Origin: Candidatus Latescibacterota bacterium
GTDB lineage: Bacteria > Latescibacterota > UBA2968 > GCA-2709665
DNA: 64,000 bases
Reading direction: 5' to 3'
NCBI GenBank assembly: GCA_963667175.2
Contig: CAXXXF010000012.1
Coordinates: forward strand, 240,257-304,256
Positions 39,062 to 49,941 of this stretch are shown in pieces. The notes below the pieces were generated by a model, which saw nothing but the letters and a program-made list of their open reading frames with translations, did no database searches and had not been told where the DNA came from. The translations under genes and the position numbers were made by a program. Position 1 is the first letter of the stretch. Each line of letters opens with the position of its first letter.

Positions 39062-42000
39062 ATGGCAACCGGTGGGAACAATTTGGTCAGGGGAGCACTG
39101 GTTCAGTGGACCATGGGCAACGGCTACGGCGTGGTCGTTGCGATGGATGAGCGATTGATCACAGTGCGCTGGGATGCGGAGGGGATTCCCACTCAATTTG
39201 CGGGCCGCAGATCCACCTTTATCCCGGGTGGATCTCATTGGCAAACCGGTATGCCGGAGGTCAACCGGAGAGGATGTCGCAGTGCTGAACCTGGTGGCGG
39301 GAGCAATGCCTGTTTGGAACTGCCGCATCTTCCCCAAATCGGGAAGTCCGATGATGTCCAACGTGGCAGAAGAGGATCTGCGACCACTACCGATCACCGA
39401 CCCAATGGAACGCTTCCGGACCGGTGACATCGGTTCAATGAAAAAATATCGGCTACAGGAAGTGACCCGATGGTATCGGGTTCAGCATCTCCACGATGAC
39501 CTGGTATCTCTGGGTCAGGTGCAAGTCGATATAAAGCCGCATCAGGTCTCGGTAGTACACAAAGTGATTTCGGACTACCCCCATCGTTTTCTATTGTGCG
39601 ATGAAGTCGGGCTTGGCAAGACCATCGAAGCCGGAATGGCCCTCAAGGAATTGAGAGCCCGAGGAGGGGCACAGAGGGTCCTTGCCATCGTTCCGCCGAA
39701 CCTGGTTCGCCAGTGGCAGTTCGAAATGAAAACCAAGTTCAACGAAAGTTTCTCGGTTTTGGACACGAACACGGTCCGCTATCTGGCAAGGCAGGGCTTT
39801 GGTGGAAATCCCTTCACCTATTCAGACAGCGTATTGTGTTCCGCCAACTGGGTCGCCAACCCGCAACGGGCTAAAGAATGCGCCGCCGTTGATTGGGACT
39901 TCATCATTGTTGACGAGGCCCACCACGCCCGAAGTCATCCAGACGGTAGCACCACCCGCTTGTACGAACTGGTGCGGGATCTGGCGCCGTCGCAACACAT
40001 CAATCGGCGGGGTATGCTACTGCTAACGGCGACGCCGATGCAGATGAACACCCACGAACTGTATTCACTTGTCGAGCTGCTCAATCCAACTCTTTTCCCA
40101 TCCCCTGAAGAATTCGAAAGGCATCGGCGTAGAGTACCCGGCTTGTCAAAACTTGTGGAGGGCCTCTATCAACACGGATTTCCATTGCCTGACCAAGAAC
40201 CGTCAGACACTGCCAAATATGTCGCGGAGTGGCTCGACCTCGACTACGAAGCCGCCCGCCAACGATTGGCGGACTGTACCCACAACAGGGATGCCTTGGA
40301 CACGCTGGCTCAGGAGTTAGAGGACAAGCATCGCCTCACCGAAGTGCTGATTCGTAACCGCAAGTCGGTGGTTGGTGGGTTTATGCCACGCCGTGCTTAT
40401 CGATGGCCGGTAGACCTGACAGCCAAAGAGCGGGTTGCCCTGCAAGCCGTTGAGGCATACGTCCAATACGGTTTTCAGATGGCCGAGGGAGGCAATGACA
40501 ATGCCATCGGCTTCGTGATGACGACTTTCCAGAAGCTTATGGGTTCCAGCATTGCCGCCGTACGGGAGTCTTTAGGCAGGCGGCGAGAACGGGTTCAAGA
40601 GCAAAACGCTACCCGGCAATCCGCCGAGGAACTCGAGGACAGGTTTGACAACGATGACAACGCCAGCGACGTCGTCGGCACCAATACTTTAGTGGACCTG
40701 GAACTCAATTGGCTCGACCAGGCAATCAACGCTCTCGATGCTGTTGAGGGCGATTCCAAAGCAACGGTTTTGGTGGACCGGCTCGCCACAATATTTGAGG
40801 ATACCCCTGACGAAAAAATCATCATATTCACGCAGTTCCGTGAGACCCAACGGCACCTGGAAGAACGATTGTCGGCCAAAGGCTGGGGCGTCAACCTGTT
40901 TCATGGGCAGTTGAGCACACAAGGGAAAGACGCGGCCGTGGCCCAGTTCAGAGATGCCAGTGGTCCCCAGGTGTTGATCAGTACGGAGGCAGGCGGCGAG
41001 GGCCGCAATCTGCAATTCGCCCACCTTTTGGTCAACTATGACCTGCCCTGGAACCCAATGAAGGTAGAGCAACGCATTGGTCGCATCGACCGGATCGGGC
41101 AGGATCACCCCATCAGCATTTTCAACCTATGGGTTAATGACACTGTCGAAGCCCGTGTTCTGGAGGTACTCGAACAACGCATCAGAGTGTTCGAGGAGAC
41201 GGTGGGAGGTCTCGATCCCATACTAGGTGATACGGAGAACGACATCCGGCGGATTATGCGAACCGTTTCCGCCGACCGTGACGCGGCCCTCGATGCGCTC
41301 GGTAGGCGTGTTGAGGAGGAAATGCGCAATGCCAGGGAGGCTGGAGAGTTGCTTGGTGATTTCATTATGGACACCAAATCGTATCGGAAAGAAATAGCCG
41401 AGCGTCTCGCCGGTCAACAGTCGCCTATCGACAACGCAGATTTTGAAAGGTACATCGGGCAACTCCTCGCCGACGTGCGCACCTATATCCGGCGTGACGG
41501 CGAGGTGTACGATTTGACTTTTCGCAGCGAGTTCTGCGATAGCCCTGATATACGCCACATCTTCCCGGCCGGTCCGAAAATGCGGGCAGTGTTTCGTCCG
41601 GACAGCAGGCCCGATGCGGAGGATGTCGAATTCATGGCCTTTGGTCACAAGGTAGTCGACGCCATAGTGGACATCGTACTCAGCGAAGGATACGAGGGCG
41701 TAACCGGCACCCGTCGTATTCCGGCCGGCGGGGGACTCACTCCCATGACCGGGTGGCTGTTCACTTACCAATTCACCGTCTCCGGCGTACGCCCCGTGGA
41801 GCATATTGTGCCGGTTTTCGTAAGCGACGCCGGAGAGGTTGACGTCGCAGCCGGACACCGCCTCTTGCAAAATGCCTTCCGGTTTGATGATGACGAGACG
41901 GAAATCGGTTGGGTGGACATACCGGACAATCTCATTGACGCTGAAACTCTAGCGAAGGAGTTTGCCGGCACAGAGAGCGAAAAAATACGCACAGAAGCGC

Positions 42001-42317
42001 AGGCTGATGCCATGGTCCGCACCGACCGGGAAATGTCTAGGATTGAAGCTTTATTCGACTACAAGGAACGCGGGGCTGCCGACAAGGTCGAAGCAACCCG
42101 TCAAACGCTCAATCGCATTCGCGAAAGCACCGAAGAATCACAACGTCAGATTCTCCCGGTTTGGGAAGCCAATCTCCGAACAGCTGAAGAATTGTCAACG
42201 AATCTGGCCTCGGAACGCCAGCGTCGGATAGCTGAAGTCGAAAGGTTCCGCTATCCGCAACTGGACTGGATCTTGAAATCAGTGGGACGCATTGAAGTCG
42301 TGGAGTTTGGACCGTAA
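39062..42317 (+). CDS. RapA/HepA-like SNF2 helicase (~1080 aa) with one frameshift near 39203
   Basis: GAGGGAG RBS and ATG 39062 with a Tudor-like N-terminus. After the shift: DEVGLGKTIEAG, DEAHH, LTATP, STEAGGEGRNLQ, DLPWNP..EQRIGRIDRIGQ. Confidence 0.88.
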
Positions 42318-42870
42318 TCCAGACTGCTTGTGCGAGAAGGCATCAATGGTCCAAAACCCAGACATTTGCAGATACCGCGGATGAGGCCAACGGTGACCGG
42401 GTGTATCCACGTGCCTTGAACATCCTGCTCTGGCGGCTTTTATCGGCATATCAATCATGAACTGACCGAACTGCAAGCGTCCTCGGCCTGATCTCGAAGC
42501 CGTAGCGAGTTTCGAGAGAGTCGTAAAAGGCGGTGGTAGAGTGAACCACATGGACGGCTCTATACTCGTAAGCCCCGGTATGACGTTTTGTTGTCGCCCT
42601 TGACAACAGCGACGAGCAGACCGGGCGGCGGGCTCAGCAACCCGACGCGAATAGAAGCGCCACAGCAGGAGTAAGCATCACGACAAGCAGTGGCAGAAAG
42701 GTCAGCTCCAAAGATCTGCACTTTTTGTTACCCGGCACCGACACCAACGACCCACTGGGACGACACCACCCGCCACCATTTCGCCCAAGACGCCCATCAT
42801 CGCCTCCTGGCTGGGGCTGAGCCCGGACCAGCGCATCACCAGCTGCCGGATCATGATCTCAAAGACCAAA

Positions 42871-44050
42871 GGAACCTCTGAAGTAGCTGCTTTCGAGAAT
42901 GGCATGGTCAATGAACGGGATTCCCGATGAATTCAGGCCATGCAGCAGGCGACGTTTCCGCTTTCAGCCGCCCATCTTGGGTTCGACCGCCAACTGCAGA
43001 CAGACTGCGCCCCTGGGATCATGGCGCCAGCTGATGCCCAACGGTCAGCAAGTTGCCCAGTCCCAGCAGCACGTCCAACCGCTGCGTGTTCTTGCCCAAA
43101 CCCCGATAGCGCACCTTGGCGTATCCGAACAGCAACTTGACCTTGTGGAAGGGATGCTCCACCTTGGCTCGGATCGACGACTTCCGCTTCTCGCACCAGT
43201 TCTCCAATCCCTCCGGAGGCAACTGGCGTCGCTGCCCGCGTCGTATCGACACCACCCAGTCCAACTCCCGGTCCAGCTCCACGACCTCCGGCCGCTTCGC
43301 CACCCCGAGGTATCCCGCATCACCCCAGACCCGCTGCTCCCGCCATGGAGCAGCCGATGCGCTTGGGTGATGTCATGAACGTTGGCTGCCGTGGTGGTGA
43401 AACTGTGCACCAATCCCGTCTCGGCATCGGCTCCAACGTGCAGCTTCATGCCGAAGTGGTACTGGTTGCCCTTCTTGGTCTGGCGCATTTCGGGATCCCG
43501 CTCCTGTCTCCGGTTCTTGGTCGAGGACGGCGCCTGGATGATGGTGGCGTCGATTACCGTCCCCTCCCGCAGCCGAAAACCAGGGCCGCCAGATGCTCGT
43601 TGATCTCCTGAAACAATCCCTGACCCAGGTCGTGCCGCTCCGACAGATGCCGGAAATGCAGCAACGTGCTCTCGTCCGGTATGGAGTCCCTCTGGCCCAG
43701 CCCCACGAAACGCCGCACCGACTCCGCCTCGTACAGCAAATCTTCCATGGCCGGATCACTGAGATTGTGCGTCACCTGCACCACGTGGCTGCGCAGCATC
43801 AGCGACAGTGGATAGGGTCGTCGTCCCTTCTCCGCCTTGGGGTAGTAGGGCTCGATCCGCGCCTCCAGTTTCTCCCAGGGAACCAACATTTCCAACTTCT
43901 CAAGGAACACCTGGCGGCGGGGCTTACGCTTGTGGCGAGCCTGTTCCAGGTCGGCAAAACTCGGTTGGTCCATCCTGCGCTCTCCCTCGGGGCTGGTCAA
44001 ACTCTTCCTGCGAATTATGTCACAATCAAACTGGCTTGTTCAGAGTTTCC
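42871..44050 (-). mobile_element. IS5-family element, transposase frameshifted into three pieces
   Basis: MDQPSF..RR..FL....[60 protein letters not shown]. Ends GGAAACTCTGAACAAG (44050) and GGAACCTCTGAAGTAG (42871; alternative end ~42918). Confidence 0.85.
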
Positions 44051-44500
44051 TTAACTCACGAAATCGCAAAGGGGGGCCGTAGACTGGATGCCGAGCTATA
44101 CATCGGCTTCTGACCGAGCGCTCTACCTTTCGGAGAGGGAATGCCCTGCCTGTCCTCAAACGAAACGACCATTGCGTTTGCTGGTAATGGCGGGTTGGCG
44201 CAGTTCGTTGGAGAAGCGCACTTCCGCCCATTGACAAAAACGGGATTCGTAACTGGACAGATGCCCGCCCTGAAAGTTCGGGGTGTACCTGCCAAGTCAC
44301 GCCAATGCCCACCGGCATGGTCGGATCATCCTGGACGATCCAGCATCGTGCGTCGGCCCGGTAAGCGGCTGCCTCCAAGTTCGAGAGCTTCCTTTGCGCC
44401 GGCGACGAGCGGCAAAATCGGGTGCGGATTATAATAGATTGTGAGCAACACCCGGGCAGCTTGTCTGGGTTCCTCATAACCGCAGTGGAGCGCACACATC

Positions 44501-45682
44501 ATGACCGGAAGCATCAGAAAGCGTAGTCCCGGAAGTTGGGAGCTGACGATAGACCTCGGCCGCGACGAAAACGGCAAGCGCATCCGCCGTTACGCCTCGG
44601 TCAAAGGAACCAAGAAGCAGGCCGATCAGCGGTTGCGCGAGATACTCACGGAGCTTGACGGCGGCATCGTACCGTCCACCGAGCGCATCTTGATGCGCGA
44701 CTGGCTGAACACTTGGATGACCGATTGCGTTGACGGACACCTGAGCCTGGCCACCCAGGACCGCTACCGCGGCATCGTCAACAACCACCTGATCCCCGCT
44801 CTGGGCCACATCGAGCTGAAGCGGTTGAGTCCGTCCCACGTCCAGACCTTGCAGAACAACCTGCTGGACGGCGGCATGGACCCCGTGGGCGTGAACCTGG
44901 TGCGCACGGCGCTTTCGGGAGCCTTGAAACACGCCGTGAGCCTGGAGCACATTTCGAGAAATGTCGTGGCGGCGGTCAAGGCGCCGCCCGAACCGGACCG
45001 TGAAGTCCAGCCGCCGCCCATGGAGGCCGTCAAGCAGATGCTGGCTCTGGCGAAAAAGCAGGACTACTGGCTCTATGCCGCTCTGCACCTACTGGCGTAC
45101 ACCGGAATACGTCGCGGGGAACTCCTGGCCCTGCTTTGGCACATGGTGGACTTCAAGAAGTCCGAAATCCGTATCGCGGCGTCATTGGGGCGGCGTTCCA
45201 ACGGCCTGAATCTGTCCAAGCCCAAAACCGCCCGCGGTAACCGCGTCGTGAGCCTGGACGCCGCCACGTTGGATGTGCTGCGCCAGCACCAGGCGCGGCA
45301 ATCCCTGGAGAAGGCGGAACTGGGCGACGCTTACACCGACAACGGCATCGTGTTCGCGGACCCGCTGGGCAACTGGCTCAATCCGATGATGGTTACCCGC
45401 AAGGTGCAGAGCCTGGGCAGGATGGTGGGACATCCCGAAGTCACACCGCACAGTCTCCGTCATTTCCACTGCTCGGTCACCTTGGAAAACGGCGTCAACC
45501 CCGCGGTGACGTCGCAACGCGTGGGGCACTCCAACCCTGCCATCACCATGAGGATGTACGCCCACGTTCTGCCCGGCTGGCAGCAGGAGGCGGCGGACGA
45601 TTTTGCCCGCGTCATGGCCGAGCACCAGGAGGGTACGGAGGATCTGGCATCCGACGAAGTTGTTGAAACTGCGGCGGCCTGA
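44501..45682 (+). CDS. Tyrosine recombinase/integrase with N-terminal arm-binding domain
   Basis: GSIRKR...WEL.IDLGRD, TGIRRGELLAL (R), KPKT (K), HSLRH, RVGHS...T...YAH: full catalytic set. Confidence 0.93.
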   Translation: MTGSIRKRSPGSWELTIDLGRDENGKRIRRYASVKGTKKQADQRLREILTELDGGIVPSTERILMRDWLNTWMTDCVDGHLSLATQDRYRGIVNNHLIPALGHIELKRLSPSHVQTLQNNLLDGGMDPVGVNLVRTALSGALKHAVSLEHISRNVVAAVKAPPEPDREVQPPPMEAVKQMLALAKKQDYWLYAALHLLAYTGIRRGELLALLWHMVDFKKSEIRIAASLGRRSNGLNLSKPKTARGNRVVSLDAATLDVLRQHQARQSLEKAELGDAYTDNGIVFADPLGNWLNPMMVTRKVQSLGRMVGHPEVTPHSLRHFHCSVTLENGVNPAVTSQRVGHSNPAITMRMYAHVLPGWQQEAADDFARVMAEHQEGTEDLASDEVVETAAA

Positions 45683-45683
45683 T

Positions 45684-45910
45684 TGCCGACCAAATGCCGA
45701 CCAAATTCTCAAAAAGGGAGGACATCGGACAGCATCAGACCGCAGGTTTGAGTAGGGGAAGCACCCCCTGCAGCACCCTGCGAGTGGGTATATCCGAATC
45801 CCTCCCTCGGCACCAATTCTCAATCGCACCGAAATTTGAGTTCAAACCGAGTTCAAAAATGGCTTGGATCGCTCGCTGGCCCGTCCCAATGTGGGACAAT
45901 TGTGGGACAA
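45684..45910 (+). repeat. Pairs of short direct repeats with 11-bp period (integrase arm-type-like sites)
   Basis: TGCCGACCAAA x2 (45684-45705), GAGTTCAAA x2 (45838-45857), TGTGGGACAA x2 (45890-45910). Confidence 0.6.
45795..45815 (+). other. tRNA 3'-end fragment (att core, probably tRNA-Leu)
   Basis: CGAATCCCTCCCTCGGCACCA is a T-loop, acceptor strand and CCA with no 5' tRNA half; about 110 bp after the integrase stop. Confidence 0.75.
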
Positions 45911-46383
45911 ACCTACAGTAGGCTACGTTACTGAACAGGTCAGTACGGTACCAAACGCGCAAGGTGCCACGATCCAAATGTAGCCCCGATTGTGGGATTG
46001 ACGCCTTCAACTTTCCGGGGCGCGAGGTCGATGCGTAGGCCGATGGCCCGCTGAACGCGGACCGTCGGCCTTTCGAATATGCGGGCTTGGTTAACCCAGG
46101 CAACCGTTCGGGCTCTGTTCGGAGAAGAGTGCGGCGACCCAAGCTTGACAACGGTCTACTGCGACCTAGGGCGTATCGGTCTACCGCACCCTATACGGCT
46201 TATTGGACAGAAAACTATCCGCCACTAGGCCAAGATACAAGGGCGCAGCTAAGTTGGGCTGATTGGTTGTTGTCAATGGCAAGACACGGATTTTGCCGGT
46301 CTCTCGCTATCCTTGATACGTGGGCGCAACAGCCGCAGCGTTTCGATCCGCTGGGGCCGGGGATGCAGAGGTGCTGCCATCGT

Positions 46384-47121
46384 CTACGGCGCCGTAGGCG
46401 TGCCCGTTGTGCGGGCCCACGGCGAATACCCTCCATTGCGGTTTACTCGTACCTTGACTTGGTATTCTTGCAAGGGTGTGAGGCCTGGGATGTTGAAAAA
46501 GAATGTGTGTGGGTGAACCGCTATACTTGTCCACGGGCTGGTGCCAGTGGCGCGGTAGCGCAACTCGTACCCCGTAATGTCGGACATTGGTCCAGACGAC
46601 GATATTCCAGGTGTCGATGTCCATATGACGTCCAGGCCGTTGGTGATTGGGATCACGGACAAACCGTTAATGTAGGCGCCTTCAAAGTAGCCATGCACTG
46701 GCAACATCGGTCCATTGTATTCCAGCAGCGGCGAAAGGTCAGGCCAGCACCATTCGCCGCTTGGCTGCTTGACCATCGGCCTCTGCCCCGGCTTGCATAT
46801 CGGAACCTGCTGTTCCGGGTGGTACCGGGAGGCAGGCGCAAAGTGGGGCGCAGCGCGGGATGGCAAGTCGGTCGGCATAGCACCAGTCATGGTGCGGGAC
46901 GGCCGGTAGGCTGGTGTCGCAGTCGCCGGCGTACTAGACGGACTATACGTCGTAGGTACGTAACCGGAGCGGAGCCAGTTTTGATGAGATGGTGTCGATG
47001 CGGAACGTACTTGCACGGGAGGACTGATCTCCGTGGCAGCTTCCAGCCTGAAGGACAAAGCCACAGCAACCGCTGAGACGACCAAGACACCGATGGCCGC
47101 TGCCAACCCCACATATTTCAT
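46384..47121 (-). CDS. Secreted protein with Pro/Thr-rich linker and C-terminal fibronectin type III domain
   Basis: Signal peptide; L.V.W......ITGYELRYR...W.......IPGLTP..EY.V.VR FN3 pattern; GAGGAGG RBS. Confidence 0.8.
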   Translation of the reverse strand: MKYVGLAAAIGVLVVSAVAVALSFRLEAATEISPPVQVRSASTPSHQNWLRSGYVPTTYSPSSTPATATPAYRPSRTMTGAMPTDLPSRAAPHFAPASRYHPEQQVPICKPGQRPMVKQPSGEWCWPDLSPLLEYNGPMLPVHGYFEGAYINGLSVIPITNGLDVIWTSTPGISSSGPMSDITGYELRYRATGTSPWTSIAVHPHTFFFNIPGLTPLQEYQVKVRVNRNGGYSPWARTTGTPTAP

Positions 47122-48024
47122 TATTCATCCTCCTCTGCGGTAGGCGGTGGGCTCATCCGGTCGGCTTTGACGATGCGGAGAAACCTATGTTACAAACGCT
47201 GTAATGGGCGTGTTGTCCCTGAGACCTCGGGGCAGAGGACGGCGGGACTCGGCCTGGCGCCGGTGGGTTGACACCTGTCGCCGAGATGCGACTCGGGAGA
47301 CTTGTCACTCAGCCATGTGCTCAAGGTTCAGCATGCCGACTGGCCCTATTGTCGTGGCCGGCGGACATTCACGATTCTACTGTGTCATCGTGGCCGGACC
47401 TGGCTCCACGGTGGGTCGCCCGGGAGCGATTTACCCATGACGAAGCAGACGATCCGTACGAACGTTTCGGCCGACTTCTGTCACCGCATGTGCATGCCGC
47501 GGATGTGCTTCACGTCCATGTTCACGTTCTTGACCAGTCGCCGTCCCTTGCGCATTCCTTGATTGTCGTCTGTCACGCGCCGGTGGCTTGCTGTTTGGTC
47601 GGGAGAACTGTTCGCGACGAAGTTACACCCACCGATGTGTACTAGGCGTACCTGTCAGCAACAGGCAGTCGAGGCAGGTGCCGATCACTCACAGCCCGAC
47701 CCTTGCACGGAACTCCCACTCGCTGGCCAGGAAACACCCGGCAGCATACAAGGTGAATTCGACGGCCATGACAGCGTCAACTCCAACGTCGCCCTCATCT
47801 TTGCCACCGCGGACGAGCACATCACCCTGTAGAGCTCACTAACCCAAGACACGGAGGCTACTACGATTTCAAGACGGAGATGGCACCGGTCTGCAATCCG
47901 GTCGGTAGCTAACAGTTCAGCGAACACGTCCGTTTGTGGAGGGGTCTTCAGGCAGGATTGGAAGCGACCGGCGAAGTTTCCCAAGATCCCTCCGGCAACC
48001 CCACCACTGGCGGCACTTACTCTG

Positions 48025-49359
48025 GTGCTGCTGCTGGTTGTGGGGTGTGGTACGACGGGGGCTCCCTCACCGGGATCGGTGGGTTTGGGCGACCCGCTGT
48101 ATCCAGGCTTGGGCAACGGCGGCTACGATGTTTTGCACTACACACTTATTTTGGATGTAGACGTTGACGCGAACTTCATTCACGGAGAGGCCAGGATTGA
48201 CGCGACGGCGACCCAGGCGCTCTCGGCGTTCAATCTAGATTTGCGCGGTTTGGAAGTCATTGAGGCACGGGTTTCCGGTCAGCGCGCGACTCACAGGCGC
48301 CGAGGGAACGAACTGACAGTAACGCCCGCAGAAGCCATTCGGCGCGGTTCATCCTTCACGGCGGAAGTGGCATTCGAGGGGAACCCTGTGCCCGAAGTCG
48401 TTCCGGGTCTGGACTTCCGGATGGGTTGGGTGAAATATGAAACGGGCATATTCGCAGCGGGAGAACCGTGGGGATCGTCGACATGGCATCCGCTCAACGA
48501 ACATCCTTCGGATAAGGCTTCCTACACAATCCTAGTGACGGTCCCGGACCCCTACGAGGTTGCTGCAGTAGGTGAGCTTGTGGACGTGGTTGATCATGGA
48601 AGCAGGAGCACTTACACGTGGGAAGCGCGTGACGAGATGGCGAGCTATCTGGTCGCGATTGCGATTGCGCAATTTCACAGAGTGACCACAGAGGGTCCGG
48701 AAGGATTAGAGATAGTCGACTACATCGAAACGACGTTGGACCGGTCGGCATTTTCCGGCCTGGAAAAGTTGCCCGAGATTATGGAGTATTTCAGCGATAC
48801 CTTTGGCGAGTATCCTTTTGAGACATTCGGCGCAATTGTTATTGACGCGGAATTTCCCGCGCTGGAGACGCAGACGAGGCCGGTGTACGGCGCGAACGCT
48901 CTGTCAGGTAGGTTGGGCGAGGCAACCGTGGCGCACGAACTGGCCCACCACTGGTTAGGGAACTTTGTGACACCAGCGACATGGGAAGACCTGTGGCTGA
49001 GCGAGGGATTCGCGACGTATTCGGCATGGTTGTGGTACGACCACAAATACGACCGTGAGGCGTTCGGTCGCTTTTGGGACGAGATGTGGACGGACGAGAT
49101 GGGCCCGCCAGGGAAACCTGTTCCGGAAGCTCCATTTGCCTGGGTCTATCAGAGAGGCGCTTTGGTGGTTCACGCCCTGAGGGAGGAAGTAGGTGATGCG
49201 TACTTCTTCGAGATTGTTCGCGAGTACCTATCTCGCCATGGAGGGGACAACGCATCGACTGCTGATTTCATAGAAGTGGCGGAAGACGTTTCCGGCAAGG
49301 AGCTCGATGAACTCTTTGATGCCTGGCTCTACTCCGAAACTCCCCCACTTCCGCCGTAA
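48025..49359 (+). CDS. M1-family zinc aminopeptidase (lipoprotein; start uncertain)
   Basis: VVGC lipobox, GDPLYPGLGNGGYDV.HY, ALETQ, HELAHHW..x18..E (WLSEGFATY), YQRGA. Confidence 0.88.
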   Translation: MLLLVVGCGTTGAPSPGSVGLGDPLYPGLGNGGYDVLHYTLILDVDVDANFIHGEARIDATATQALSAFNLDLRGLEVIEARVSGQRATHRRRGNELTVTPAEAIRRGSSFTAEVAFEGNPVPEVVPGLDFRMGWVKYETGIFAAGEPWGSSTWHPLNEHPSDKASYTILVTVPDPYEVAAVGELVDVVDHGSRSTYTWEARDEMASYLVAIAIAQFHRVTTEGPEGLEIVDYIETTLDRSAFSGLEKLPEIMEYFSDTFGEYPFETFGAIVIDAEFPALETQTRPVYGANALSGRLGEATVAHELAHHWLGNFVTPATWEDLWLSEGFATYSAWLWYDHKYDREAFGRFWDEMWTDEMGPPGKPVPEAPFAWVYQRGALVVHALREEVGDAYFFEIVREYLSRHGGDNASTADFIEVAEDVSGKELDELFDAWLYSETPPLPP

Positions 49360-49551
49360 CGGAGGTATGGTCGCAAGCGCCTGTTTCGCGAATGCTAAAA
49401 GCTACGCACTGGTGCAGAACAGCGGAGAGTGGCTATCGGCCCAGCGCTGGTGTCCCGACCAACGCTCCGGTAGTCCGGCCGGAGTCCCATTTTGTGTCTC
49501 CGGCAGCGCGCTGATCCCGGACCGGTCCGTCTCGGTCTCGGCTAGGTCCGG

Positions 49552-49896
49552 ATGAAGGTGCGGACCGTTGCTGTACTACCCGAGGGAATCCTGGCAAGGG
49601 AACCGGTGGAGCTGACCGCCACCGAGTACGGTGTGCTCAACAACATCTCGTCCCAAGCCGGCATGGTGTTGACCGACTACCAACTGCTGAGCTTGGTGCA
49701 GGGTGTGGCCCACTCCGGCAATGCGAAATTGGATCGGACCAACGTGAGAAGGCTGCGCCAGGAGTTGGGCGACGACGCCGACAGCCCCCGCTATGTTCTG
49801 ACCGCGCCTAACGTCGGCTACCGCAAGAGGCGGGACGAGCACGGGCGCAGATGGAGCCGGCATCCTGGCGGCGACCGAGTCGCCTCGACGCGATAG
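49552..49896 (+). pseudogene. Remnant OmpR/PhoB winged-helix domain
   Basis: VELTATEY.VL, LT..QLL..V.G, VRRLR..LGDD...PRY.LT...VGYR; no receiver domain. Confidence 0.7.
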
Positions 49897-49941
49897 GTTA
49901 TCCTGATAGGTGGCGAAATCTCCGACGCAGGCAAACGGGGA

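Noticed and set aside
38850-39160. Short ORFs between IS1380 and the helicase as a small CBASS effector
   Set aside because: No RBS, transmembrane pair or known effector motif; the region looks like the helicase's promoter/UTR.
39062-42317. Calling the helicase DISARM DrmD or a BREX component
   Set aside because: No methyltransferase, DrmA/B/C, PglX or BrxC genes nearby.
47200-47930. LFATKLHPP fragment resembling a MalT/LuxR N-terminus
   Set aside because: Too short, and the similarity does not continue; at most a decayed remnant.
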